Of a DNA stretch of 64,000 nt, positions 17,484 to 25,851 are shown piece by piece. The notes below the pieces were generated by a model, which did no database searches, was not told the DNA's origin, and was given only the letters and a program-made list of their open reading frames with translations. This stretch comes from Clostridia bacterium (GTDB taxonomy: Bacteria; Bacillota; Clostridia; Oscillospirales; Acutalibacteraceae), in contig CAAEIG010000052.1 in NCBI GenBank assembly GCA_900755895.1, forward strand, positions 26,268-90,267, written 5' to 3'. The first letter of the stretch is position 1. Every line of letters begins with the position of its first letter. The position numbers and the translations under genes are program-made.

Positions 17484-19205
17484 TTATGTTTTCTCGTGCT
17501 TTTGCAGAAATCCCCGCACCTCTTCCTCGGTGGCCAAACTCATGGCCTCTTCCGTCACGGCGTTGGCCTCCTCCATGGTCCACAGAGAAATGGTCTTGCG
17601 CAGAGGCAACAGCGCTACGGGCGCAACGCTGAAGTTCTTCAGTCCAAAGGACAACAGCACCGGAGCCAGTGCCGGCTCCGCAGCTGCCTCGCCGCACATG
17701 CTCACGGGAATTCCGTTCTGTCGGGCAGTTTCCAACACCTGGCGGATCATCCGCAGGACCCCAGGGTGGAAATACGAATACAGATGGGCTACTCGGGCAT
17801 TGCCACGATCCACGCCCAAAACATACTGGGTCAAATCATTGGTACCCAAACTGAAGAAATCCGCCTCTTTGGAAAACACATCTGCCATCAGGCAGGCTGC
17901 TACCGTCTCCACCATCACGCCCAGGGGCAGGTTCTCATCAAAATCCACCTTCCGGCGGCGGAGAGCTTCCTTTTCCTCCTCTAGGATCTCCTTGGCCTGA
18001 CGGACTTCCTCCACGCCGGTAACCATGGGCAACAGCAGATTCGCCTTTCCATAAGCACTGGCCCGGAGCACAGCACGCAGGTGGGACCGGAACATCTCCT
18101 CCTCCCTCAGGGAGAACCGGAGGCCCCGGCAGCCCAAAAACGGGTTTTCCTCATGAGGTTGATGCAGATAGGGCAACGTCTTGTCACCGCCCACATCCAG
18201 CGTTCGAATCACCACACGCTTGCCCCGCATGGCTGCCAGGATCTGACGGTAAGCATGAAACTGTTCCTCTTCCCCAGGCTGAGAAGTCCGGTCCAGATAG
18301 AGAAACTCCGTGCGCAACAATCCAATGCCATCGGACCCATAACCCGCTGCTCGAGCAGCATCCCCCACGCTGCCGGCATTGGCTGCCAGCTGGATACGCT
18401 CACCGTCCGCAGTGACAGTCTCCCGCCCCACAAACTCCCGCAAGGATGCCCGCAGCTGCAGGAACTCCTTTTGCCGGTCCTCATAAACGGTGCGCATCAC
18501 CTGACCGGGGGAGAACACTGCACATCCCCGGTTGCCGTCCACGATCACCACTTCACCCGGAGTGGTGTCCATCACACGGTCTTCCAATCCCAGTACAGCG
18601 GGAATCTCCAACGCTCTAGCTAAAATGGCACTGTGAGAGGTGGGGCCGCCTTTGCCCAGGACAATTCCCGCCACATTGGCCGAATTGAGCACCGACACCG
18701 CCGAAGGGGACAATTCCTCCGCCATCAGCACAGTGCCCGGCTTCAAGGTGGAAAAATCCATCTCTGGGAGTCCCAGAAGCAACCGCAACACCCCGCCTCG
18801 CAGATCCCGCACATCTGCGGCCCGCTGGCGGGTCACCTCGTCCTCCGAAGCGGTAAACAAGTCTATGAACAGATCACAGCTGGCGGACAGAGCCGCTTCT
18901 GCCGACTGTCCCGACGCGATACGGCCCTCCACTTGGCCGTTTAAGTAAGGATCTCGGATCATATCCACCTGGCAGCGAATAATGTCCCCACGCTCTTTAC
19001 CGGCCATCTCTGCCACACGGTCCGCTTTTACCTCTGTGACATGACAGAAGGTATCCACCGCACTGTGATAGCGCTCCAGCTCCAATTTGGGGTCCGCGAT
19101 CTCACGCTCCAGGCTTCCCATGGGCTTTTCCTTGTAGATCAGGGCGTGGCCAATGCCAATTCCTGGAGAAGCCGCCACGCCATATAGCACCCGTTCACCG
19201 GTCAC
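17484..19205 (-). CDS. ptsI: PTS enzyme I (phosphoenolpyruvate-protein phosphotransferase)
   Basis: 573 aa. N-terminal GVAASPGIGIGHALIY and PEP-utilising / TIM-barrel C-terminal motifs (LGTNDLTQY). Confidence 0.9.
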   Translation of the reverse strand: MTGERVLYGVAASPGIGIGHALIYKEKPMGSLEREIADPKLELERYHSAVDTFCHVTEVKADRVAEMAGKERGDIIRCQVDMIRDPYLNGQVEGRIASGQSAEAALSASCDLFIDLFTASEDEVTRQRAADVRDLRGGVLRLLLGLPEMDFSTLKPGTVLMAEELSPSAVSVLNSANVAGIVLGKGGPTSHSAILARALEIPAVLGLEDRVMDTTPGEVVIVDGNRGCAVFSPGQVMRTVYEDRQKEFLQLRASLREFVGRETVTADGERIQLAANAGSVGDAARAAGYGSDGIGLLRTEFLYLDRTSQPGEEEQFHAYRQILAAMRGKRVVIRTLDVGGDKTLPYLHQPHEENPFLGCRGLRFSLREEEMFRSHLRAVLRASAYGKANLLLPMVTGVEEVRQAKEILEEEKEALRRRKVDFDENLPLGVMVETVAACLMADVFSKEADFFSLGTNDLTQYVLGVDRGNARVAHLYSYFHPGVLRMIRQVLETARQNGIPVSMCGEAAAEPALAPVLLSFGLKNFSVAPVALLPLRKTISLWTMEEANAVTEEAMSLATEEEVRGFLQKHEKT

Positions 19206-19483
19206 GGACGACCACCTCCTGCTTCACCCAAGCCCGTCTCCACCAACTCTACAGCCCGCGCCAGGGCTTCCTCTTCATCTTCACCGGAACAGCGAATTTC
19301 TACCTCGTCGCCGCACTGAATACCGGCGGCAATGAGGTTCATGATACTTTTTCCACTGACAAGAGATTCCTTATGGAAGACCCACACGTCCGAGAGGAAC
19401 TTCTGCATCTCGTTGGAAAACAGGCCTGCGGGCCGCACATGCAACCCCTCCCTGTTTTTTAAAACGACTTTTTTGGATACCAT
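19202..19483 (-). CDS. ptsH: Phosphocarrier protein HPr
   Basis: MVSKKVVLKNREGLHVRPAGLF (His15 motif) ... GKSIMNLIAAGI (Ser46 region). AGGAG lies 8-9 nt upstream. Overlaps the ptsI start by 4 nt. Confidence 0.85.
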   Translation of the reverse strand: MVSKKVVLKNREGLHVRPAGLFSNEMQKFLSDVWVFHKESLVSGKSIMNLIAAGIQCGDEVEIRCSGEDEEEALARAVELVETGLGEAGGGRP

Positions 19484-19514
19484 ACCATTCGCTCCTTTCC
19501 AAAGTTCGGTTGGA

Positions 19515-21269
19515 TCATCCTTCCTGGGGAATCTCCTGGCTGGGTGTAACATAGATGGTCTTGTAATTGACGTAGATCACCATTCCCGGTTTGGCTCCCA
19601 CCGGTTTGGACACATTCCGAATCTGCGTGTAATCTACAGGCACCTGGGCGGAATCTTTAGCCCGGCTATGCAGAGCCGCCAACTGAGCAGCTTCCGTCAT
19701 AGCCGTCTCGGTGGGCGCCTTTCCCTCTGTGACCAGCACCGTATGAGAACCGGGTATATTTTTGGTGTGAAACCAAATATCGTTGTTATTGGCTGTCTTC
19801 AATGTGAGCTTATCATTCTGCCGGTTGTTTCTGCCCACCAACACCGTAAACCCATCGGAGGTGGTAAACTTCATGGGAGCACTAACTGCCGCCGGCTTCT
19901 CTTTTTTGCTGCGCAGTTTGCGGAGATACCCCTGCTCCTGGAGCTCCGCGCGGATCTCAGAGAGATCCCTCTCTGTCTCCGCCCGAGCCAAGGCATCCAG
20001 AACGGTTTCCAGGTATTCCAACTCCTGCTCCGCCAAGCTAATCTGTTCTGTGAGCTTCTCCTCGGCAGTCTTGGCCTTGCGGTACTCTTTATAGTACTTC
20101 TGTGCGTTCTGGGACGGGGTCAACGCGGGATCCAACTTAATATGTACCAAGGGAGTACCCTCTTCGTAGAAATTGGCCAGGTCGGCGCTTTGGGCGCCCT
20201 TTTCCAACTGGTACATGTTGGCACTGATTAAGTCTCCAGCCACCCGGAGACCATCCCGGTCGGCACACTGCTCCAGCTCTCCCCGCTGAACTCCAATCTT
20301 CCTGGACAGCCGTTCGGAATGGGTGGACAGCAACTTCAACAGGTCCTGCTCCCGGACCCTCATGCGCTCCTGCTTGTCCCGCTCCCGATAAAAATCGTCC
20401 AGCAGCTGGGAAAAGCTCTCCGCCTCCTTCACCACGGCGGCTGTGCCGTACTGGTGGATCTCTAAGAAAGAGAAGTCCATGGGTTTCCCCTGGAGGTTGA
20501 CCGCCATATAGGGCTTGCCGGAAACCTCCTCCACGGCGTCCCGCATCTGCTGGTAGAAGAACCCTGCCCGGAACAGCTGCTCCTCATCCATGGTCTTGAC
20601 GGTCAGTTCCCTGCCCCGTCCAACCCGGTAGGCAAGTTCCCGGCACACAATGGGGGACACACCCTGCAGCACTGCCAAATACCCCTTAGACAGCTCCATA
20701 TCACGGGGCAGTGCCTTCAAAGCCTCCACCACCTGCTGAGAGACCGTGGACAACGGGCACAATTTACTTTGGGGCGGAGGCAGCCGATAGGTCAGCCCCG
20801 GCAAAACCAGACGCTGGGAGGACATCTCAGCATCCACTCGCTTGAGCGCATCAATGATTTTACCTTCTTCATCGGAGAGAATGATGTTGCTGTAGCGGCC
20901 CATGACCTCCATGGTCAGTGTGAGGGTTACATGATCTCCCAACTCATTGATGGAGTCAAAGTCAAAATGCAGAAGCCGTTCCAGCTCCGGCTGCCGGATG
21001 GCCACCACCTTGGCCCCCAAAAGCTTCTTACGAAGCAGCATGCACAGCATGGGAGGCTGCTTGGGATTCTCCAAGGGAATGGTGGTAAAGTGCACCCGTG
21101 CCGAGTTTGCCCTGGCCGAGAACAACACCTTGCAGGCAGCCTCCCTGCTGCGGAAGGCAATGAGCAGTTCTTCTCGGTTGGGCTGGTACACCTTGTCCAC
21201 GCGAGAACCCAGCAACTGCCCCTCCAGTTCTTGTTTGATATGCCGCAAAAATGCGCCGTCCAAAGCCAT
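19515..21269 (-). CDS. rqcH: RqcH (FbpA/NFACT family) ribosome-quality-control protein
   Basis: MALDGAFLRHIKQELEGQLLGSRVDKVYQP...PPMLCMLLRKKLLGAKV...MGRYSNIIL parallels B. subtilis RqcH/YloA. 584 aa. Confidence 0.8.
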   Translation of the reverse strand: MALDGAFLRHIKQELEGQLLGSRVDKVYQPNREELLIAFRSREAACKVLFSARANSARVHFTTIPLENPKQPPMLCMLLRKKLLGAKVVAIRQPELERLLHFDFDSINELGDHVTLTLTMEVMGRYSNIILSDEEGKIIDALKRVDAEMSSQRLVLPGLTYRLPPPQSKLCPLSTVSQQVVEALKALPRDMELSKGYLAVLQGVSPIVCRELAYRVGRGRELTVKTMDEEQLFRAGFFYQQMRDAVEEVSGKPYMAVNLQGKPMDFSFLEIHQYGTAAVVKEAESFSQLLDDFYRERDKQERMRVREQDLLKLLSTHSERLSRKIGVQRGELEQCADRDGLRVAGDLISANMYQLEKGAQSADLANFYEEGTPLVHIKLDPALTPSQNAQKYYKEYRKAKTAEEKLTEQISLAEQELEYLETVLDALARAETERDLSEIRAELQEQGYLRKLRSKKEKPAAVSAPMKFTTSDGFTVLVGRNNRQNDKLTLKTANNNDIWFHTKNIPGSHTVLVTEGKAPTETAMTEAAQLAALHSRAKDSAQVPVDYTQIRNVSKPVGAKPGMVIYVNYKTIYVTPSQEIPQEG

Positions 21270-21302
21270 AGTTATGCAAATCCTTTCTGGTTATATGCTT
21301 TC

Positions 21303-22070
21303 TTACACCGTTTTCATGGGTGCTGTCTCCGTTTGAGAGAGGAGAAAAGCTGTATCAGGCACCCGCTTACGCAGGTACGAGGCCAAAAACTCCGCGAACA
21401 CCTTCTCCGTGTGGTAGTGTCCTGCAGCTACACAGGTCAAACGTGAGAACGCGGCCTCCAGCTCTTCATGATGCTTCATTTCTCCCGTGAGGTAGGCGTC
21501 CGCTCCACGGCAAGCTGCCTGATGGATATACTCCCCACCGGCGCCGCTACACAGAAACACCCTCTGCACCGGACGGTCACCAGCACAGAACTTCACGTTG
21601 GGAACAGAGAGTTTCTCTTTGACCAGCTTTGCAAACTCCTCCGGCTCCAGAGGTTCTTCCAAGCTGCCGGAATAGAGGACACACTCCTCTCCGAACACGT
21701 CTTCTTGACGGAGGTTTTTCAGTCCCAATTTGCTGCCCAGGGCCACATTCACGCCACACACCGGCGACAAATCCAGATTGGTGTGGCAGCACAACGCGCC
21801 AATCCCACGGCTGGCCAGCTGATAGGCCACATCCTGGGGACCCAGGGACTTTAAGGGATGGAAGATGACAGGGTGATGAGAGATAATCAGATTGGCGTTC
21901 ATAGAGGCTGCTTCTGCCACCACGTTGGGAGTGATGTCCAGTGCCAACAGCGCACGAGTCACCTCAGTGTTGCCATCGCCAACCAAAAGACCGGCATTGT
22001 CAAAATCCAGTGCGGTGGAAAAAGGCGCCGCCGCATTGATGATGTCGTAGATGTCACAAATTCTTGCCAT
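21303..22070 (-). CDS. Nif3-family dinuclear-metal-centre protein (YqfO-like)
   Basis: MARICDIYDIINAAAPFSTALDFDNAGLLVGD...NLIISHHPVIFHP is a Nif3 signature. It follows trmK, as in B. subtilis (yqfN-yqfO). Confidence 0.8.
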   Translation of the reverse strand: MARICDIYDIINAAAPFSTALDFDNAGLLVGDGNTEVTRALLALDITPNVVAEAASMNANLIISHHPVIFHPLKSLGPQDVAYQLASRGIGALCCHTNLDLSPVCGVNVALGSKLGLKNLRQEDVFGEECVLYSGSLEEPLEPEEFAKLVKEKLSVPNVKFCAGDRPVQRVFLCSGAGGEYIHQAACRGADAYLTGEMKHHEELEAAFSRLTCVAAGHYHTEKVFAEFLASYLRKRVPDTAFLLSQTETAPMKTV

Positions 22071-22118
22071 AAGTACGTTCTCCTTTTCCAGTGAAACTTT
22101 GGGACCGCACCCGTTTCC

Positions 22119-22820
22119 TCAAAAGGAGATGTCCTCTCCCAAATACCGCTCCCCAATCTCCCGAATCCAGCTTTCCAACTGGGCAACGCCGGAGGCGTCA
22201 CTGCGATGAAGCGCACCCGTCCGCTGAGCTGTCAGCTCCCGCAGAACTTTGCGGGCATAGGTGTCCACATGGGGCTCACCGGGAATCAGCTTACCCATCC
22301 AGGGATAGAGGGGATCCGTTTTCACAGGACTCCCAGCATATCCGGCACAAAATGCCGAGTACACCTTGCCGCCATCTTGGACGGCATGTTCCTCCAACAC
22401 GACAAAGCCCAAGCGCTGCAAACCCTGCCGCAGCTCGGGCACGGAACTCATAGGCTGCAAAATCAGGCGCTTCTCCCCTTCCCGCAGCCATGGAGTCTTC
22501 TCCACAATGCGGAGGATCAACTCCCCGCCCATACCGGCAATGACAATATCCTCCGCCTCCTCCGGCGTCACCTGCCGAAGCCCGTCAGAAAGGCGCAGCG
22601 TCAATCCCTCGCCCACTTGGTATTTCTCACCGTCGCGGCGGGCGGCTTCCAACGGCCCGGGATTGACGTCACAGGCCAAGGCCCGGGGGATTTTGCCCAT
22701 TTTCAGCAGCCAGATGGGCAGATAGGCATGGTCCGTGCCCACGTCGCACAGAGCGCTGCCCGGACGCACCAGATCTGCACACAGGGCCAATCTGGCTCCA
22801 AGGGTAAATAGTGGTCGCAT
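22119..22820 (-). CDS. trmK: tRNA (adenine22-N1)-methyltransferase TrmK
   Basis: LSARLALCADLVRPGSALCDVGTDHAYLPIWLL...ACDVNPGPLE is the TrmK/YqfN SAM-MTase N-terminus. ATG at 22820; the track start is a GTG 30 nt upstream. Confidence 0.75.
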   Translation of the reverse strand: MRPLFTLGARLALCADLVRPGSALCDVGTDHAYLPIWLLKMGKIPRALACDVNPGPLEAARRDGEKYQVGEGLTLRLSDGLRQVTPEEAEDIVIAGMGGELILRIVEKTPWLREGEKRLILQPMSSVPELRQGLQRLGFVVLEEHAVQDGGKVYSAFCAGYAGSPVKTDPLYPWMGKLIPGEPHVDTYARKVLRELTAQRTGALHRSDASGVAQLESWIREIGERYLGEDISF

Positions 22821-22884
22821 AAATGAACTCCAGATACAACGCTGCCGCACGGCAGGAGATGTCGCGCGGCAGCAAGATTTGTTC

Positions 22885-23088
22885 TCACTTGTCCTTCAAA
22901 TGCTCGTTGAGCTTTGCCACCAGTTCATCGGCGTCCACACCGTGAACGGCACAGGCCTGCTCCACCGTCTCGCCGCGGGAAGAAGGACAGCCAAGGCAAT
23001 GCATTCCCATCTCCAGGAAAAAGGGAGCCGTGGTCCGGTCCAGGTCCAGGATCTCACCAATAATGGTATCTTTTGTGATAGAAGCCAT
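22885..23088 (-). CDS. DUF1858 (hybrid-cluster-protein-associated redox-disulfide domain) protein
   Basis: MASITKDTIIGEILDLDRTTAPFFLEMGMHCLGCPSSRGETVEQACAVHGVD carries the diagnostic GMHCLGCP motif. GGAGGA RBS lies 7 nt upstream of the ATG at 23088. Confidence 0.65.
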   Translation of the reverse strand: MASITKDTIIGEILDLDRTTAPFFLEMGMHCLGCPSSRGETVEQACAVHGVDADELVAKLNEHLKDK

Positions 23089-23208
23089 TGCAATTTCCTC
23101 CGTTTCTTTTTTCTTTGTAATTATTATAATATCCTTTCTTCCGCTCCGCAACACAAAAATCGCAAAAAAACAGCGCCCCCGCTTCCGCTGGGACGCCTTT
23201 CTTCCTAA

Positions 23209-23490
23209 TTATTCCCGCTCTTGCCGCATGCTGGCATAGCAGTCGCTGCAATAGACCGGACGATCCTCCCTGGGCTGGAAGGGCACCCGCGCCTCCTTGC
23301 CGCAAGCAGCACACACTCCGGTGTACATCTCCCGCTGAGGCTGGCCGTTGTTCTTTCTGGCCTGGCGGCAATCCCGGCACCGCTGGGGCTCATTTTGAAA
23401 ACCCTTTTCCGCGTAGAACTCCTGTTCCCCTGCGGTGAACACAAACTCCTTGCCGCATTCTTTGCACACAAGCGTCTTATCCTGATACAT
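23209..23490 (-). CDS. Double zinc-ribbon protein (two CxxC...CxxC pairs), hypothetical
   Basis: CKECGKEF...CRDCRQ and CAACGKEA...CSDC. 93 aa. Lies immediately downstream of the sigma-factor gene on the same strand. Confidence 0.5.
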   Translation of the reverse strand: MYQDKTLVCKECGKEFVFTAGEQEFYAEKGFQNEPQRCRDCRQARKNNGQPQREMYTGVCAACGKEARVPFQPREDRPVYCSDCYASMRQERE

Positions 23491-23533
23491 GTTTCATTTC
23501 CTCTCTTTGATTCTCTTTGGACTCAGCCCATGC

Positions 23534-24094
23534 CTACAAGCGCTTCAGCTTGGAACGCACCCGATGCAGCGCATTGTCATAGGCCCGCACTGTGATCCCA
23601 GCGCGATTTGCCGCCTCGCTTCTGCGGTATCCGTTGAGGTAGAGAGCCAAGACCCGGCGCTCCAAGGGGGAAAGGGATACTCCCATCCTCTGCTGAAGGG
23701 ACCGAAAGTCTTCCCGAAGCTCCAGCAGATCCTCGGGACCTGCCTCCACCGCGGCATCTCCGGCATCCTCCAACGGAACGGATTCGTTCAACGTTCGATT
23801 CCCGCTACTCACATGGCGCCGCACAGCGCTGGTCATCCGGTTGTAGACACACACACCGGCATAGGTGGAAAAGGACGCGCCTCCCTCCGGCCGGAAGGAG
23901 ATGGCAGCTGCATACAGACCCAGCAATCCCTCTTGCCAAAGATCTTCCTTCTCCGGGGCGGCTGCACCTTCAAAGAGCTTCGCCTTTGCCCGGATGAGCC
24001 CCAGGTAGCGGGCGGAAAGCTCGGCAAAGGCATCCCCCTGACGCTCCCGCACCAGGGCGGCAAGCCGGGCATCGCTGCAATCCTGAAACTCCAT
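23534..24094 (-). CDS. ECF-type sigma-70 family RNA polymerase sigma factor
   Basis: Region 2 (DLWQEGLLGLYAAAISF...FSTYAGVCVYNRM) and region 4 (LSPLERRVLALYLNGYRRSEAANRAGITVRAYDNALHRVRSKL). Start taken at MEFQDCSD (24094, RBS AGAGGTG). The longer track ORF is probably an overextension. Confidence 0.65.
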   Translation of the reverse strand: MEFQDCSDARLAALVRERQGDAFAELSARYLGLIRAKAKLFEGAAAPEKEDLWQEGLLGLYAAAISFRPEGGASFSTYAGVCVYNRMTSAVRRHVSSGNRTLNESVPLEDAGDAAVEAGPEDLLELREDFRSLQQRMGVSLSPLERRVLALYLNGYRRSEAANRAGITVRAYDNALHRVRSKLKRL

Positions 24095-24268
24095 GCTGCA
24101 CCTCTTTTCCTGCCCCTTATGATATCCCAAAGCATCCATTTCGTCAAGATTCTGTTTCCAGAGGCAGTAATTCCCGGAAAGCTTACAACATTCGGTTGTT
24201 TTCTGCATCACTATGCTGTATAATAAAACTAAAAAGTACAGGATTTTTGGGAAAGATGGTGAAGAATC

Positions 24269-25795
24269 ATGGTGGAAAAGATCTATAGTATGGGACTGTT
24301 TGGGCTGGACGCCTTCCCAGTGGAAGTGGAGGCCGACCTCTCTCAAGGCCTACCCGCTTTCGACTTGGTGGGCCTGCCGGACGCCGCTGTCAAAGAGTCC
24401 CGGGACCGCGTGCGGGCCGCCATGAAAAACTGTGGATTTGAGTATCCCGTCAGCCGCATCACCATGAATCTCGCCCCTGCAGACAAGAAAAAAGAAGGTC
24501 CTATTTACGACCTTCCCTTGCTGGTTGCCCTTCTGAAAGCTTCCCAGCAGCTCTCCTGTGCCACGGACGATGCCATCTTCTTGGGAGAGCTCTCTCTATC
24601 TGGAGAACTGAGACCAATTCGAGGACTGCTCCCCATGGCGGACAAGGCCAGAGCGGAAGGCTTCCGACGATTGTATGTCCCTGCCGCCAACGCCGGAGAA
24701 GGTGCTGTTATCGAAGGCATTGAAGTCTATGGAATCCGCGATGTGACCCAGCTGGTAGAGCATCTCCGGGGTATGCTGAAGCTCAGCCCGGCTCTTCCCC
24801 AATTCGACCAGAGCACCCCCACAGAGTTCTTAGACTTTGCCGATGTCAAGGGCCAGCAGGATGCCAAACGCGCTTTGGAGATTGCTGCCAGCGGCAATCA
24901 CAACGTGCTATTCATCGGGCCTCCCGGCTCTGGAAAGAGCATGCTGGCCAAGCGCCTGCCCTCCATCCTGCCGAAGATGACCTTTCAAGAGGCACTGGAA
25001 ACCACTAAGATTCATTCCGTCCGTGGCGAACTGCCCCCTGGAATTTCCCTGCTGCGGCAACGCCCTTTTCGTTCCCCTCACCACACGGTGTCCAATGTGG
25101 GATTGACCGGCGGTGGCTCCCCGCCCTTGCCCGGGGAGATCTCCCTGGCACACAATGGCGTTCTGTTTCTGGACGAGCTCCCTGAATTCCCACGACCGGT
25201 GATGGAAGCTCTCCGTCAACCCATGGAGGACCGGGTTGTGACCATCTCCCGTGCTGTGGGGACCCACGCCTATCCCTGCCGGTTTATGCTGGTGGCTGCG
25301 ATGAATCCCTGTCCCTGCGGTTATTTCGGCCATCCCACCCATCCCTGTCTGTGCTCCTCCCGCGAGGTAGAGCGCTATCTGGGGAAGATTTCCGGACCTC
25401 TGCTGGATAGAATCGACCTGCACATCGAAGTGAGCTCCGTGCCTTTTGAACAGCTCTCCTCCACCAGCCAAGAAGAATCTTCTGCAGAGATCCTGCAGCG
25501 GGTCTCCGCAGCACGGAATCTCCAAAACCAGCGCTATGCAGGGAAGCCCTACACCTGCAACGCAGATATCCCTGCTGGGGACCTACAGGAGATGTGCCAA
25601 ACCACACAGGACGCCCAACTTCTGCTGCAAAACGCTTTTGAGACTTTGGGATTTTCCGCACGGAGTTACAGCCGCGTGTTGAAAGTGTCTCGCACCATTG
25701 CCGACTTGGATAACTCGGAGAAAATCACCATAGACCACGTGACCGAAGCCATTCAATACCGCACCTTGGACCGGAAGTACTGGATGGACCGTTAG
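24269..25795 (+). CDS. yifB: YifB/ComM-family Mg-chelatase-like AAA+ ATPase
   Basis: MVEKIYSMGLFGLDAFPVEVEADL (Lon-like N domain), Walker A GPPGSGKS, and C-terminal ChlI-type motifs. 508 aa. Confidence 0.85.
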   Translation: MVEKIYSMGLFGLDAFPVEVEADLSQGLPAFDLVGLPDAAVKESRDRVRAAMKNCGFEYPVSRITMNLAPADKKKEGPIYDLPLLVALLKASQQLSCATDDAIFLGELSLSGELRPIRGLLPMADKARAEGFRRLYVPAANAGEGAVIEGIEVYGIRDVTQLVEHLRGMLKLSPALPQFDQSTPTEFLDFADVKGQQDAKRALEIAASGNHNVLFIGPPGSGKSMLAKRLPSILPKMTFQEALETTKIHSVRGELPPGISLLRQRPFRSPHHTVSNVGLTGGGSPPLPGEISLAHNGVLFLDELPEFPRPVMEALRQPMEDRVVTISRAVGTHAYPCRFMLVAAMNPCPCGYFGHPTHPCLCSSREVERYLGKISGPLLDRIDLHIEVSSVPFEQLSSTSQEESSAEILQRVSAARNLQNQRYAGKPYTCNADIPAGDLQEMCQTTQDAQLLLQNAFETLGFSARSYSRVLKVSRTIADLDNSEKITIDHVTEAIQYRTLDRKYWMDR

Positions 25796-25802
25796 AGCGC
25801 AA

Positions 25803-25842
25803 AAAAGCCGCCCACTCCACGGAGGAGGGGCGGCTTTCTGCT
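25803..25842. terminator. Bidirectional terminator
   Basis: aaaaagccgcccactccacggaggaggggcggcttt between convergent genes. Confidence 0.55.
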
Positions 25843-25851
25843 GCCATTTAT

